64,000 bases of DNA, from contig JAJYBH010000002.1 of assembly GCA_021779135.1 (NCBI GenBank), forward strand, positions 15,423 through 79,422, in the 5' to 3' direction. The stretch is from Deltaproteobacteria bacterium. Lineage in GTDB: Bacteria > Desulfobacterota > Desulfuromonadia > Geobacterales > Pseudopelobacteraceae. Position 1 is the first letter of the stretch. Every line of letters starts with the position of its first letter. Positions 45,682-55,085 of the stretch are shown here, piece after piece. Made by a program: the position numbers and the translations under genes. The notes under the pieces are model-generated. The model saw nothing but the letters and a program-made list of their open reading frames with translations, ran no database searches and had not been told where the DNA came from.

Positions 45682-46830
45682 ATGAAGACAAACCTGCACA
45701 TACTGCATCTGGAAGATGATCTGCTCGACGCTGAACTGGTGCGGGCCACCCTGGCCGGGGAGGGGATCGATTGCGAAATAGCGCTGGTGGATTCCCGGGA
45801 GGGATTTGTTGAAGAGCTGGAAACAGGTGCGTTTGACTTGGTGTTGTCCGATTTTGCCCTGCCCGACTTCGACGGCATGGGGGCACTCAGCATTGTTCGC
45901 AAACACTATCCCCTGTTGCCCTTTGTCTTCGTCTCCGGAAGACTGGGCGAGGAGGCAGCCATTGAATCCCTGAAGAGCGGAGCGACGGATTATGTCCTGA
46001 AGGGCAGACTTTCGCGTCTGGCCCCGGCAGTTCGGCGGGCACTGGGCGAGGCCGAGGAACGGGCAGAACTCAAGCGGGCCGAAGAGGCCCTGCGTGAAAG
46101 CGAGCTCCGCAACTACCAGCTGGAAGTGGAGTTGCGCTATGCTGCCGAGATCCAGGCCAAGTTGCTGCCCCACGGCTATCCCGCCATCCCCGGTTTTGAT
46201 ATTGCGGCAAGTTGTCTGCCCGCCAGGCAGGTGGGGGGTGATTTCTTCGACTGGCTGGAGGTCTGTCCGGGGGTGTGGGCTCTGGCCCTTGGTGATGTGA
46301 TGGGCAAGGGCATGGCCGCGGCCATGCTGATGGCGACGGTCAGGGCCTCTATACGCGCCTTGGGGCATAACCGGCCGTCGGTGGCAATCAAACTGGCCGA
46401 GGCGGCCTTGCAGTCCGACCTGGATATTTCAGAAAGCTTCGTGACCCTCTTCCTGGGGCAGCTCAACACCGGGAACCGGTGTTTGACCTACGTGGACTGC
46501 GGCCACGGCTATGCCTTTGTGCGCCGCGCCTCAGGAGCGGTCAAGGGGCTTACTCCCCGCGGACTGCCGCTGGGGATCCCCGGCCGCAAGAGCTACCGGG
46601 AAGGAAAGATCACCATGGAAGCGGGGGATACCCTGGTGCTTTACAGTGACGGGGTGGTCGACGCCCGGCCGGAGTTGCGGCTGGACAACCGGCTGCTGTC
46701 CCGGCAATTGGCTGGGGCGGCAAATGCGCGTGAGATGGTGGAGCGGCTGGTCGGCTTGACGGAGCAGCAGGGGCCTCGGCCGGACGATGTGACCGTGCTG
46801 GTAGCGCACTGCAGCGGTGGCAAGCAGTAA
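45682..46830 (+). CDS. Response regulator with PP2C/SpoIIE phosphatase output
   Basis: 382 aa. REC (DLVLSDFALPDFDG) is joined to PP2C-like motifs (GGDFFDW, GDVMGKG, LYSDGV). Confidence 0.8.
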   Translation: MKTNLHILHLEDDLLDAELVRATLAGEGIDCEIALVDSREGFVEELETGAFDLVLSDFALPDFDGMGALSIVRKHYPLLPFVFVSGRLGEEAAIESLKSGATDYVLKGRLSRLAPAVRRALGEAEERAELKRAEEALRESELRNYQLEVELRYAAEIQAKLLPHGYPAIPGFDIAASCLPARQVGGDFFDWLEVCPGVWALALGDVMGKGMAAAMLMATVRASIRALGHNRPSVAIKLAEAALQSDLDISESFVTLFLGQLNTGNRCLTYVDCGHGYAFVRRASGAVKGLTPRGLPLGIPGRKSYREGKITMEAGDTLVLYSDGVVDARPELRLDNRLLSRQLAGAANAREMVERLVGLTEQQGPRPDDVTVLVAHCSGGKQ

Positions 46831-46867
46831 GAAAGGGCGCAGCCGATGTGGCTGCGCCCTTTCTTTT
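46831..46867. terminator. Hairpin terminator between the convergent RR-PP2C gene and nifK
   Basis: GAAAGGGCGCAGCCGATGTGGCTGCGCCCTTTCTTTT. Confidence 0.75.
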
Positions 46868-46922
46868 CAAATGCTCACAGCTCGTGAGATTATTGACAGG
46901 TCCGGAAACCCGAGGGGCCATA

Positions 46923-48392
46923 TCAGCGCATCAATTCAAACTGCTGATCCTCGCAGGTCTCATCCTTGATATCGATGAACTTGTTGCAGATCTCGGTCAC
47001 CATGTTGATGACCCCCTGGTAGCCGACCAACGGGTAGCGGTGCTTGTTGACCCGGTCGAATACCGGGAAGCCGAAGCGGAACAGGGGTACCTTGGCGTCG
47101 CGGGCGGCAAATTTGCCGTGGCTGTCGCCGATGACGGCATCGACCGGATCGGTCACCAGCAGACTCCTCAAATGCCAGAGGTCCTTGTTCATGTAAATCT
47201 TGCAGCCATTGCCGTACATGGAGCCATCCAGCAGCGCCTGCAATTCTTTCTCGACCTTCTTGGTGCCGCGGCTGCAGAGGATGTGGTGCGGTACAGCGCC
47301 CATCTCCAGCAGGAAGGAGACATAACCCATCAGGTAATCCGGATCACCGTAGACGGCGAACCGCTTGCCGTGCATGTACTGGTGCGAATCGGTGATGGCG
47401 TCCACGGCACGGCCGCGCTCATTCTTGATCGAAGCGGGAATCTCCTTGCCGAACAACTCGGCCACTTTCATCAGGAAGTCATCGGTCTTCGCGATACCGA
47501 TCGGCATTGGCATGGAGACATGCTTGCCGGAATAGTTGTCCTTGACCCAGGCAAAGGTCTTGGGTGTAGCGTAGGGTCCCAGGGAGATGGTGGCCTTGCC
47601 GTTGATCGAATCGGCAGCGTCTTCCAGCTTGGTCCCGCCGGCGTAGATATGATACGAGCCGTCACAGGGGGAATCGAAGGTGTCGGAGATATCGGCCAGG
47701 ATCGTAGAGGGGATGCCGAATTCCTTCAGCAGGCGCTTGTATTCACGGTAGTCGCCGGTATTGAAGTCGCAGCCGGGAATCAGGTTGAGCTTGCCGGTGC
47801 AGCGCCCTTCGATCTGTTTCCCCTCGGTCAGGGTCTGCAGGATCGAGACCAGCATGGAGTCATAGCCGTGAATGTGGGTGCCGTTGAAGCTGGGGGTGTT
47901 GGCGAAGGGTACCGGCAGATCCTTGGGCACACAGGCCTTCTGTTTGGCGTTCTTGATGAAGGCGGTCAGGTCGTCGCCGATAACCTCGGGCATGCAGGAG
48001 GTGAACACCGCGATCATCTTCGGTTTGTAGATGGCATTGGCGTTTTCCAGACCCTCATGCAGGTTGTTCTGCCCGCCGAACACGGCGCCATCCTCGGTCA
48101 TCGAGTCGGATACGGCCGGGGCCGGCTCGCGGAAGTGACGGTTGAGGGTCGAGCGGTAGTAGGAGGCGCAGCCCTGCGACCCATGCACAAACGGCAGGGT
48201 GCCTTCAAAACCGTGGGCGGCCAACTGGGCGCCCAGCGGCTGGCAGGCGTGGGCCGGGTTGATCACCAGCGCCTGGCGGGCAAAGTTCTTCTCTTTGTAT
48301 TCCTCGGTGTTGATCCAGTTCTTGACCCGCTCGATCTCTTCCGGCGGGGTCTCGACTATCTTTTTGACTTCAAGGTTCAGTAGGTTTGACAT
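46923..48392 (-). CDS. nifK: Nitrogenase MoFe protein beta chain
   Basis: 489 aa with ACQPLGA, HGSQGC and TSCMPEVIGDD. Confidence 0.9.
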   Translation of the reverse strand: MSNLLNLEVKKIVETPPEEIERVKNWINTEEYKEKNFARQALVINPAHACQPLGAQLAAHGFEGTLPFVHGSQGCASYYRSTLNRHFREPAPAVSDSMTEDGAVFGGQNNLHEGLENANAIYKPKMIAVFTSCMPEVIGDDLTAFIKNAKQKACVPKDLPVPFANTPSFNGTHIHGYDSMLVSILQTLTEGKQIEGRCTGKLNLIPGCDFNTGDYREYKRLLKEFGIPSTILADISDTFDSPCDGSYHIYAGGTKLEDAADSINGKATISLGPYATPKTFAWVKDNYSGKHVSMPMPIGIAKTDDFLMKVAELFGKEIPASIKNERGRAVDAITDSHQYMHGKRFAVYGDPDYLMGYVSFLLEMGAVPHHILCSRGTKKVEKELQALLDGSMYGNGCKIYMNKDLWHLRSLLVTDPVDAVIGDSHGKFAARDAKVPLFRFGFPVFDRVNKHRYPLVGYQGVINMVTEICNKFIDIKDETCEDQQFELMR

Positions 48393-48458
48393 GGTGTACT
48401 CCTTTTGGGCTGGAAACTCATCCGTTACACAGCCTCGAATATTTGTATCGTTCGAAGT

Positions 48459-48536
48459 CCCCCTTAGACAAAGGGGGATTTAGGGGGATTTGCCTTTGGG
48501 TTGAAATCCCCCCCACCCCCCCTTTGCAAAGGGGGG
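48459..48536. repeat. Family 2 triple-hairpin repeat, copy 2 (nifD-nifK spacer)
   Basis: CCCCCTTAGACAAAGGGGG-ATTTAGGGGGATTTGCCTTTGGG..AAATCCCCCCC-..CCCCCCCTTTGCAAAGGGGGG. Confidence 0.75.
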
Positions 48537-48546
48537 AGCTAGCAGC

Positions 48547-49992
48547 CTAATACGGTGCCTTGACCAGGTTCCAGGTCGGGCTGTTGATCGCCATGTCTAT
48601 ATCCCGGGCAAAGACCTCGAAACCCTTGTAACCGTGGTAAGGACCGGAATAATCCCAGCTGTGCATCTGGCGGAACGGGATGCCCATCTTCTGGAAGACG
48701 TATTTTTCCTTGATACCGGAGCCGATCAGGTCCGGTTTGAGTGTGTCGGCAAACTTCTCGAACTCGTACTCGGAGGGGTCGTCATAGACGACGGTGGCAT
48801 CGGGCATTTCCGGCGCGGTACGGTCATAGTCGTCGGTGTGGGCAAACTCGTAACCGGAGCCGACGCAGTCCATACCGAGATCCTCATAGGCGCCGATGGT
48901 GTGGCGCGGGCGGAGACCACCCACCAGCAGCATGACCTTCTTTCCGTCCAGGCGCGGCTTGTATTCGTCGATGACCGCCTGCATGATCGGGTCGTACTTG
49001 GCGATAACCGCCTCGACCTTCTCCTTGATGGTGTCGTCGAACAGTTCGGCCAGCGCCCGCAGGCTCTGCCTGATCTTGGTGGGGCCGAAGAAGTTCAGTT
49101 CGATCCAGGGGATACCGAATTTCTCTTCCATAACCTTGCACATGTAGTTCATGGAGCGGTAGCAGTGGATGACGTTGAGCTTGACCGTATGGGTGGCGGC
49201 AATCTTCTCCAGTTCGCCGTCGCCGGTCCAGACCGCCTTGACGTTGAGGCCGCACTCTTCGAGGAGCGGCTTGGTCGACCAGGCATCGCCGCCGATGTTG
49301 TACTCGCCGATCAGGGCGATGTCATAGGGGCTTGCCGGTTCGGCGAACTCACGGGTGCCGATGATGTAGTCGCGGATGGTGTCGTTGGAGATGTGGTGAC
49401 CCAGCGACTGGGAAACACCGCGGAAACCCTCGCAGTTGCAGGGGATGATCGGGATGTCCAGATCCTTGGAGGAGGCCTTGGCCACGGAGTTGATGTCGTC
49501 GCCGATCAGGCCGACCGGGCATTCGGACAGGACCGAGATACCCTTGGCCAGCGGGAAGAGATCATGGGCCTCTTCCAGCAGGGTCTTCAGCTTCTTGTCG
49601 CCGCCGTAGACGATGTCCTTTTCCTGGAAATCGGAGGTGAACTGCATGGCGAAGTTGGTAACACCGGTGATGCCGCTCATCATGTTGCGGCGCGTGCCCC
49701 AGGAGTACCAGCCGCAGCCGACCGGACCGTGGGATACGTGGACCATGTCGCGGATCGGTCCCCAGACAACCCCTTTGGCGCCGGCATAGGCGCAGCCGCG
49801 GGCGCTCATGACACCGGGAACGGTCTTCTTGTTGGACTTGACGGAAGCACAACCGGATGCCGCATCATTGGGCGCCAGGTGCGGAGCGCGTTTCTTCCTG
49901 GCCTTCTCGGGATACACCGACAGGGCTTCATCAATCATAGCCTGGGTGGATTCCTTGGTAATGCCTTCAACTGTTCGTATTTTATCTGACAT
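48547..49992 (-). CDS. nifD: Nitrogenase MoFe protein alpha chain
   Basis: 481 aa with [16 protein letters not shown] (the FeMoco Cys) and [12 protein letters not shown] (the FeMoco His). Confidence 0.9.
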   Translation of the reverse strand: MSDKIRTVEGITKESTQAMIDEALSVYPEKARKKRAPHLAPNDAASGCASVKSNKKTVPGVMSARGCAYAGAKGVVWGPIRDMVHVSHGPVGCGWYSWGTRRNMMSGITGVTNFAMQFTSDFQEKDIVYGGDKKLKTLLEEAHDLFPLAKGISVLSECPVGLIGDDINSVAKASSKDLDIPIIPCNCEGFRGVSQSLGHHISNDTIRDYIIGTREFAEPASPYDIALIGEYNIGGDAWSTKPLLEECGLNVKAVWTGDGELEKIAATHTVKLNVIHCYRSMNYMCKVMEEKFGIPWIELNFFGPTKIRQSLRALAELFDDTIKEKVEAVIAKYDPIMQAVIDEYKPRLDGKKVMLLVGGLRPRHTIGAYEDLGMDCVGSGYEFAHTDDYDRTAPEMPDATVVYDDPSEYEFEKFADTLKPDLIGSGIKEKYVFQKMGIPFRQMHSWDYSGPYHGYKGFEVFARDIDMAINSPTWNLVKAPY

Positions 49993-50024
49993 AATATGTC
50001 TCCTTGTAAATATATAAGGACATC

Positions 50025-50098
50025 GTAGGGGCGAATCTTGTATTCGCCCGATGTTGCAATTTGCCGCGTTGTCGGGCGATCACAAGGATCGCCCCTAC
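50025..50098. repeat. Family 1 palindromic repeat pair (nifH-nifD spacer)
   Basis: GTAGGGGCGAATCTTGTATTCGCCC ... GGGCGATCACAAGGATCGCCCCTAC. Confidence 0.7.
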
Positions 50099-50110
50099 AT
50101 GATCAATTCC

Positions 50111-51046
<936 letters not shown>

Positions 51047-51104
51047 TCAGCGGTCGTTGCGGAAACAATTTTCGTGAACAAACTTTTTTGTTTTTGTTCG
51101 GGGC

Positions 51105-51146
51105 AAAAAATAAAGGCGCCCCTTGTGTAATGGAGGCGCCTTTGCC
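51105..51146 (-). terminator. nifH leader intrinsic terminator carrying the conserved GGCAAAGGCGCC
   Basis: The minus strand reads GGCAAAGGCGCCUCCAUUACACAAGGGGCGCCUUUAUUUUUU. Confidence 0.7.
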
Positions 51147-51203
51147 TGGATCTTCCTATGGGTTCTGCCCGGTTTGTCTGCAGCAGATGGTTGTCGATGG
51201 TAA

Positions 51204-51219
51204 AGCATTTGCCGTGCCA
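51204..51219 (-). promoter_or_regulatory. sigma54-type promoter for nifHDK
   Basis: The minus strand reads TGGCACGGCAAATGCT (GG-N10-GC), about 225 nt upstream of the nifH ATG. Confidence 0.75.
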
Positions 51220-51506
51220 ATTTATAAAAGGTAGCATAAACGGGCAATTACGATAGTCTGCCAGAAAAACAGCCTGGAAATCCGATGCGACAGCCCAGAC
51301 TTTTATCGAGCCCGGCAGTATGTTGCCTAATTTATAGTCACATCTGTTGGTGCGCAGGTACAACAGTGCCATGCGTGTATCCGCCGCACGGCCAGCCGTG
51401 CCCCGCTGCCGGCGCTTTTATGCCGGTTTTGCATGCCTGCCGACGGACAGAAGCAGAAACGGCAGCGATGTTGCATTGCTGGGGGAATGAACCTTGGAGG
51501 CACTCT

Positions 51507-51830
51507 ATGACTATACCGATAGCGACAGTTGACCGGGATACTGCCAGGAATCTCTTCGATCACTACCGCAGGCAGCGCGACGGTATCAGGAACAGGCCGG
51601 AGATGGCTTCGATCTGTCTGATCTGCGGCTCGATACACATCATTCCCAAGGACGGGGATGCCCATAAATTAGTCTGCCGCAGTTGCGGGTTTGCCTTCCA
51701 GCGCTATACCTGCGACTCCTGCGGCAAAACCGTCGATAGTCGCGATCCCAAAAACCACGCCTGCCGCGTATGTGGCTTGCGGGTCTGCAGCTGCGGCGCC
51801 TGCGGGTGCGCCACGGGAAGCTGTGAATAA
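51507..51830 (+). CDS. Cys-rich multi-zinc-ribbon protein with a Cys/Gly C-terminal tail
   Basis: Start placed at ATG 51507 (RBS GGAGG). It has CLICG, CRSCG, CDSCG and CRVCG pairs and the tail VCSCGACGCATGSCE. Confidence 0.55.
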   Translation: MTIPIATVDRDTARNLFDHYRRQRDGIRNRPEMASICLICGSIHIIPKDGDAHKLVCRSCGFAFQRYTCDSCGKTVDSRDPKNHACRVCGLRVCSCGACGCATGSCE

Positions 51831-51843
51831 GGAGGAGTCTTGT

Positions 51844-52284
51844 ATGCCAGAGGCAAAGGTCGGCAGCACCGTCACCATCAGATATATCGGCACGCTGGAT
51901 AACGGCAGGATCTTCCACAGTACCGACGAGCATGGCCCGCAGTCCGTCACCATCGGTTCCGGCCAGGTATTCCCGGCGCTGGAACAGGCCATCATCGGCA
52001 TGCGCGCCGGAGACGTGAAGAACATCGTGCTTACGCCTGAAGAGGCCTATGGCCCCCGGCTTCAGGAAAACATCATCCGCGTCGCCCGACAGGCCTTTCC
52101 GGCCGGGAAGGAGATCGTTGTCGGGCAAAAACTGAGCATTGAATTCACCGGCGGTGCATCCCGGGTGATGGTGGTTATTGCCGTGGGGGAGGAGGATGTG
52201 ACCCTGGACGGCAACCACCCCCTGGCGGGGTTGGAGCTGACCTTCGCACTCAGTGTGGACCGGATCGAGTCTGAATCCTGCTAA
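51844..52284 (+). CDS. FKBP-type peptidyl-prolyl isomerase (SlyD-like)
   Basis: Start moved to ATG 51844 (RBS AAGGAGG). It has VTIRYIGTLDNGRIFHST and an IF-type insert. Confidence 0.75.
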   Translation: MPEAKVGSTVTIRYIGTLDNGRIFHSTDEHGPQSVTIGSGQVFPALEQAIIGMRAGDVKNIVLTPEEAYGPRLQENIIRVARQAFPAGKEIVVGQKLSIEFTGGASRVMVVIAVGEEDVTLDGNHPLAGLELTFALSVDRIESESC

Positions 52285-52295
52285 GCCGTTTTTAC

Positions 52296-52736
52296 TTACC
52301 CTGGCTGGTGTATAACCGCGAAGCGCTCGTCAAAACAGGGCTCCAGAACAGGCCGTACATCCTCCCAGGCCAGCCCCCCGCCGCCGCAGCCGGGACGGGG
52401 AACGACTATCCTTTGCCACCCCGAACAGTCCGCCAGCAGGCGCAGTTCTTCGGCCGACCGGGCGATGAGACGCAGGTCGGGGAGCGACCAGGCGGTCTCC
52501 TCCACGGGAAAACTGACGATACCGCAACCGAGATCAAAGACGTGGTTGCCCTCTTCGGTCAGTCTCCTGCCCAGAATAGCGGCAATCGCGGGAAAGCGCA
52601 GCACCGCCTGCCGGGCCACCCCCCGGCCAAAGACCGCCCGGCTGTCGCGGGTCAGCGAGCCGTTGGTGGTTATGGCGATCATCCCTCCACCACCGGCGTG
52701 TTCCCAGATGTCTCCAACGATCTCAAGCACCGGCAT
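52296..52736 (-). CDS. Macro-domain-like protein (putative ADP-ribose binding/hydrolase fold)
   Basis: 146 aa. VGDIWEH..MIAITTNGS...AVFGRGVARQAVLRFP resembles the GDI / N..N / G.G(I/V)A motifs of macro domains. The assignment rests on motif resemblance only. Confidence 0.45.
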   Translation of the reverse strand: MPVLEIVGDIWEHAGGGGMIAITTNGSLTRDSRAVFGRGVARQAVLRFPAIAAILGRRLTEEGNHVFDLGCGIVSFPVEETAWSLPDLRLIARSAEELRLLADCSGWQRIVVPRPGCGGGGLAWEDVRPVLEPCFDERFAVIHQPG

Positions 52737-52784
52737 TCTCCATGTTCTGGTGGCCTTGCCGTCTGGACTGGCCCAGTTGAGGCA

Positions 52785-54563
52785 TCACTTCCGCGGCTGA
52801 TTGAAGAGCGAACTTAACATCCGCCCGAGTTCAGCCATGGTATACGGCTTGGACACGGCGCCGCTGAAACCGTACCTGCGGTAGTCGGACATGATCGGAT
52901 CGTTCGAATAGCCGCTCGATACGATCAGGCAGGCCTGCGGGTCGATGGCAAGAATCTGCTCCGCGGCCTCCTTGCCCCCCATGCCCCCCGGGATAGTCAG
53001 ATCCATGATCACGGTGGAATAGGGCGATCCTGATGTCCGGGCGGCCTCATACAGCGCCACGGCCTCCGAACCGCTGCCGCAGGTCGTTACCCGGTAACCC
53101 AGGTATTCGAGCATTTCCGCGGCAACGGTACGGATAATCTCCTCGTCATCCATGACCAGGATGGAACCACCCGCATGCTGGCCGACGGACTGATTGGCGG
53201 TATCATCTTGAGGATGCGGGTCGCTTTCGCCGGTCGAGGGGAGGTACACGCTGACGGTCGTGCCATTGCCGACGGCGGAACTGACTTCTGTCGCCCCGCC
53301 ATGCCGGTTTACGATCGAATAGACCGAAGCAAGACCGAGCCCGGTCCCTGTTGGTTTGGTCGTGAAATAGGGGTCAAAGATCTTTTTCAGGTCAGCGTCA
53401 GAAATGCCGCACCCTTGATCGATAAAGGATATCTTCACGTATGCCCCCGGCTGGAGCATCAACGCATTGGTGGAGCTGAACCGCACATTGTGCGCCACGA
53501 CGGTCAGCACCCCGCCTTGCGGCATTGCCTGTATGGCATTGAGAACGATGTTGTGAAAAACCTGCGAGATCTGCCCTTCATCGGCTTCGATGGCGTGAAC
53601 GGCATCGGCCATGTCAACGACCCCTTTCACGTTTGACCCGCGCAGGACCAGGGAAACCGATTCCTGCACCAGTTGCCGGACGGAAACCAGCTTCTTGACC
53701 GGTTCGCCGCCTTTGGCAAAGGTCAGGAGCTGTAGGGAAAGGTTGCGCGCCCGTACCGATGCAATCTCGGCCTCCACCAGCGGTTTTGCCGCCTTGTGTC
53801 CGGCATCGATAAACATCTGCGCATACGAGATGTTCCCCATAATCCCGGCAAGGATATTGTTGAAATCATGGGCAATGCCTCCGGCGAGGACACCCAGTGA
53901 TTCCAGTTTATCGATTTTCAGTTTCGCATTTTCCTGCTCTTTGAGTCCGGTAATGTCCCGGGCAATACCGAAAAGGCCGACAACCTCACCATCCTCGGCG
54001 CGCATCGCCCCCTTGGTCGACAAAAAATAGCGCTCTCCCTCCGAAGTCGAGAGGTGCTCTTCATAGGTCCGCGGTCCGGTCTGAGCCATTACCCACTGAT
54101 CCTTGGCCATAATGGAGCGTGCATCATCAGGGGGGAAGAGGTGCAGGTCATCCTGGCCAAGAATCTCATTCACAGGCTTCCCGACGAACCGCGCCACCGA
54201 CGAATTGGCCAGCAGGTAGCGACCCTCGGCGTCTTTGACATAGACGGCATCGGTCGTCCCTTCGATGATGATATCCAGCAGGGCCTTCTGTTGGGCCAGA
54301 TTCCGCAGCGCTTGATCGCGCTCGCTCAGGTGGATGCCGATCCGTCTGATATAACGGGCGATAAGGACATAGAGAAGCGTCGCGGTGAGGGCGATGAACA
54401 GGAGCCCTTTGAACAGGGAAATACGGGTAATGATGGCCGGGTCCCGTACCAGCAGGACCAGGATGGTGTCGGACAGGTATATCCAGAGGCCGCCAAACAG
54501 GGAGTATATCGCGACGATGCGTACGATTTCCGTGCGTGACGATTCCTGAATCTGGTTCTTCAT
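52785..54563 (-). CDS. Hybrid sensor kinase (2 TM, PAS, HisKA, HATPase, REC)
   Basis: Start probably ATG 54563 (RBS GGAGA). It has an H-box (AGGIAHDFNN), a G-box (GTGLGLA) and a C-terminal REC (ILVMDDEE...VIMDLTIPGG). Confidence 0.8.
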   Translation of the reverse strand: MKNQIQESSRTEIVRIVAIYSLFGGLWIYLSDTILVLLVRDPAIITRISLFKGLLFIALTATLLYVLIARYIRRIGIHLSERDQALRNLAQQKALLDIIIEGTTDAVYVKDAEGRYLLANSSVARFVGKPVNEILGQDDLHLFPPDDARSIMAKDQWVMAQTGPRTYEEHLSTSEGERYFLSTKGAMRAEDGEVVGLFGIARDITGLKEQENAKLKIDKLESLGVLAGGIAHDFNNILAGIMGNISYAQMFIDAGHKAAKPLVEAEIASVRARNLSLQLLTFAKGGEPVKKLVSVRQLVQESVSLVLRGSNVKGVVDMADAVHAIEADEGQISQVFHNIVLNAIQAMPQGGVLTVVAHNVRFSSTNALMLQPGAYVKISFIDQGCGISDADLKKIFDPYFTTKPTGTGLGLASVYSIVNRHGGATEVSSAVGNGTTVSVYLPSTGESDPHPQDDTANQSVGQHAGGSILVMDDEEIIRTVAAEMLEYLGYRVTTCGSGSEAVALYEAARTSGSPYSTVIMDLTIPGGMGGKEAAEQILAIDPQACLIVSSGYSNDPIMSDYRRYGFSGAVSKPYTMAELGRMLSSLFNQPRK

Positions 54564-54773
54564 GGGTGTCTCCAGCGTGTGCGGAATCGGCAATTACATG
54601 CTTAGTGTTGTTTCAGCTATTCTCTTTTATCACATAATTGCGTCCGTACAGCTAGATTTTCCAGCGCAAAAGCCACTCAGAAAGAGCGGCTTTCGCGCTG
54701 CCGGGTGGGGGGACAAGATTGGCGGGCGGTTTCTTCTCCTTACGCGCGGGCGTGAATTACAAACCTTGCCGGC

Positions 54774-55064
54774 TTACCGCCCCAGGCATTCCCGCGCCGA
54801 GCCGAGCAGGTAATCGTACACGTCAGCGCGGGTCGTGATGAAGCCCGGCATGTCGTTGAGGATGTCTTCCAGCAGGTTCAGCTCCCGGCCGTCCTCACTC
54901 CCCAGCTCGTTCATAACCGCTTCCATCATCGGCAGGATCTCGTACAGGTCATGGCGGTTGAAGGTTGCCGGGTCGGGCAGGCCGGTGAACTTGGGCTCTT
55001 CGCGCCTGGCGATGTCGCGGGGATAGCGGAATTTTAAATCGGATACTTTGATGATGATGGACAA
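54774..55064 (-). CDS. 96-aa protein of unknown function, last gene of the nifV run
   Basis: TTG start with a strong RBS (AAGGAGG-N6-TTG). It is acidic and has no motif I recognise. Leader motif copy B precedes it. Confidence 0.5.
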   Translation of the reverse strand: MSIIIKVSDLKFRYPRDIARREEPKFTGLPDPATFNRHDLYEILPMMEAVMNELGSEDGRELNLLEDILNDMPGFITTRADVYDYLLGSARECLGR

Positions 55065-55085
55065 AAGGCACCTCCTTGTCAGCCC

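Noticed and set aside
51147-51203. A second, upstream ANTAR-type hexaloop hairpin (A at loop position 1, G at position 4) in the nifH, nifX and nifB leaders.
   Set aside because: I scanned the 57-nt nifH segment position by position and found no hexaloop with complementary flanks. In nifB there is no room for one. Only the single GGC-AAMGGC-GCC hairpin is supported, so the ANTAR interpretation remains an inference.
51344-51366. The palindrome CTGTTG-N11-CAACAG, about 130 nt upstream of the nifH sigma54 promoter, as an enhancer-binding-protein UAS. I also looked for NifA-type TGT-N10-ACA sites.
   Set aside because: It occurs only once. I found no similar sequence upstream of the other four sigma54-type promoters and no TGT-N10-ACA match at a sensible position.
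51285-51506. The N-terminal 74 codons of track ORF 51285-51830, and similar N-terminal extensions of leuA, skp, metX, proA, kdpC, nifEN, nifH, nifV, draG, the GNAT and the PilZ and DRTGG proteins.
   Set aside because: The extensions run through promoters, leaders or repeat elements and lack an RBS. In each case an internal ATG with a good RBS matches the family's N-terminus.
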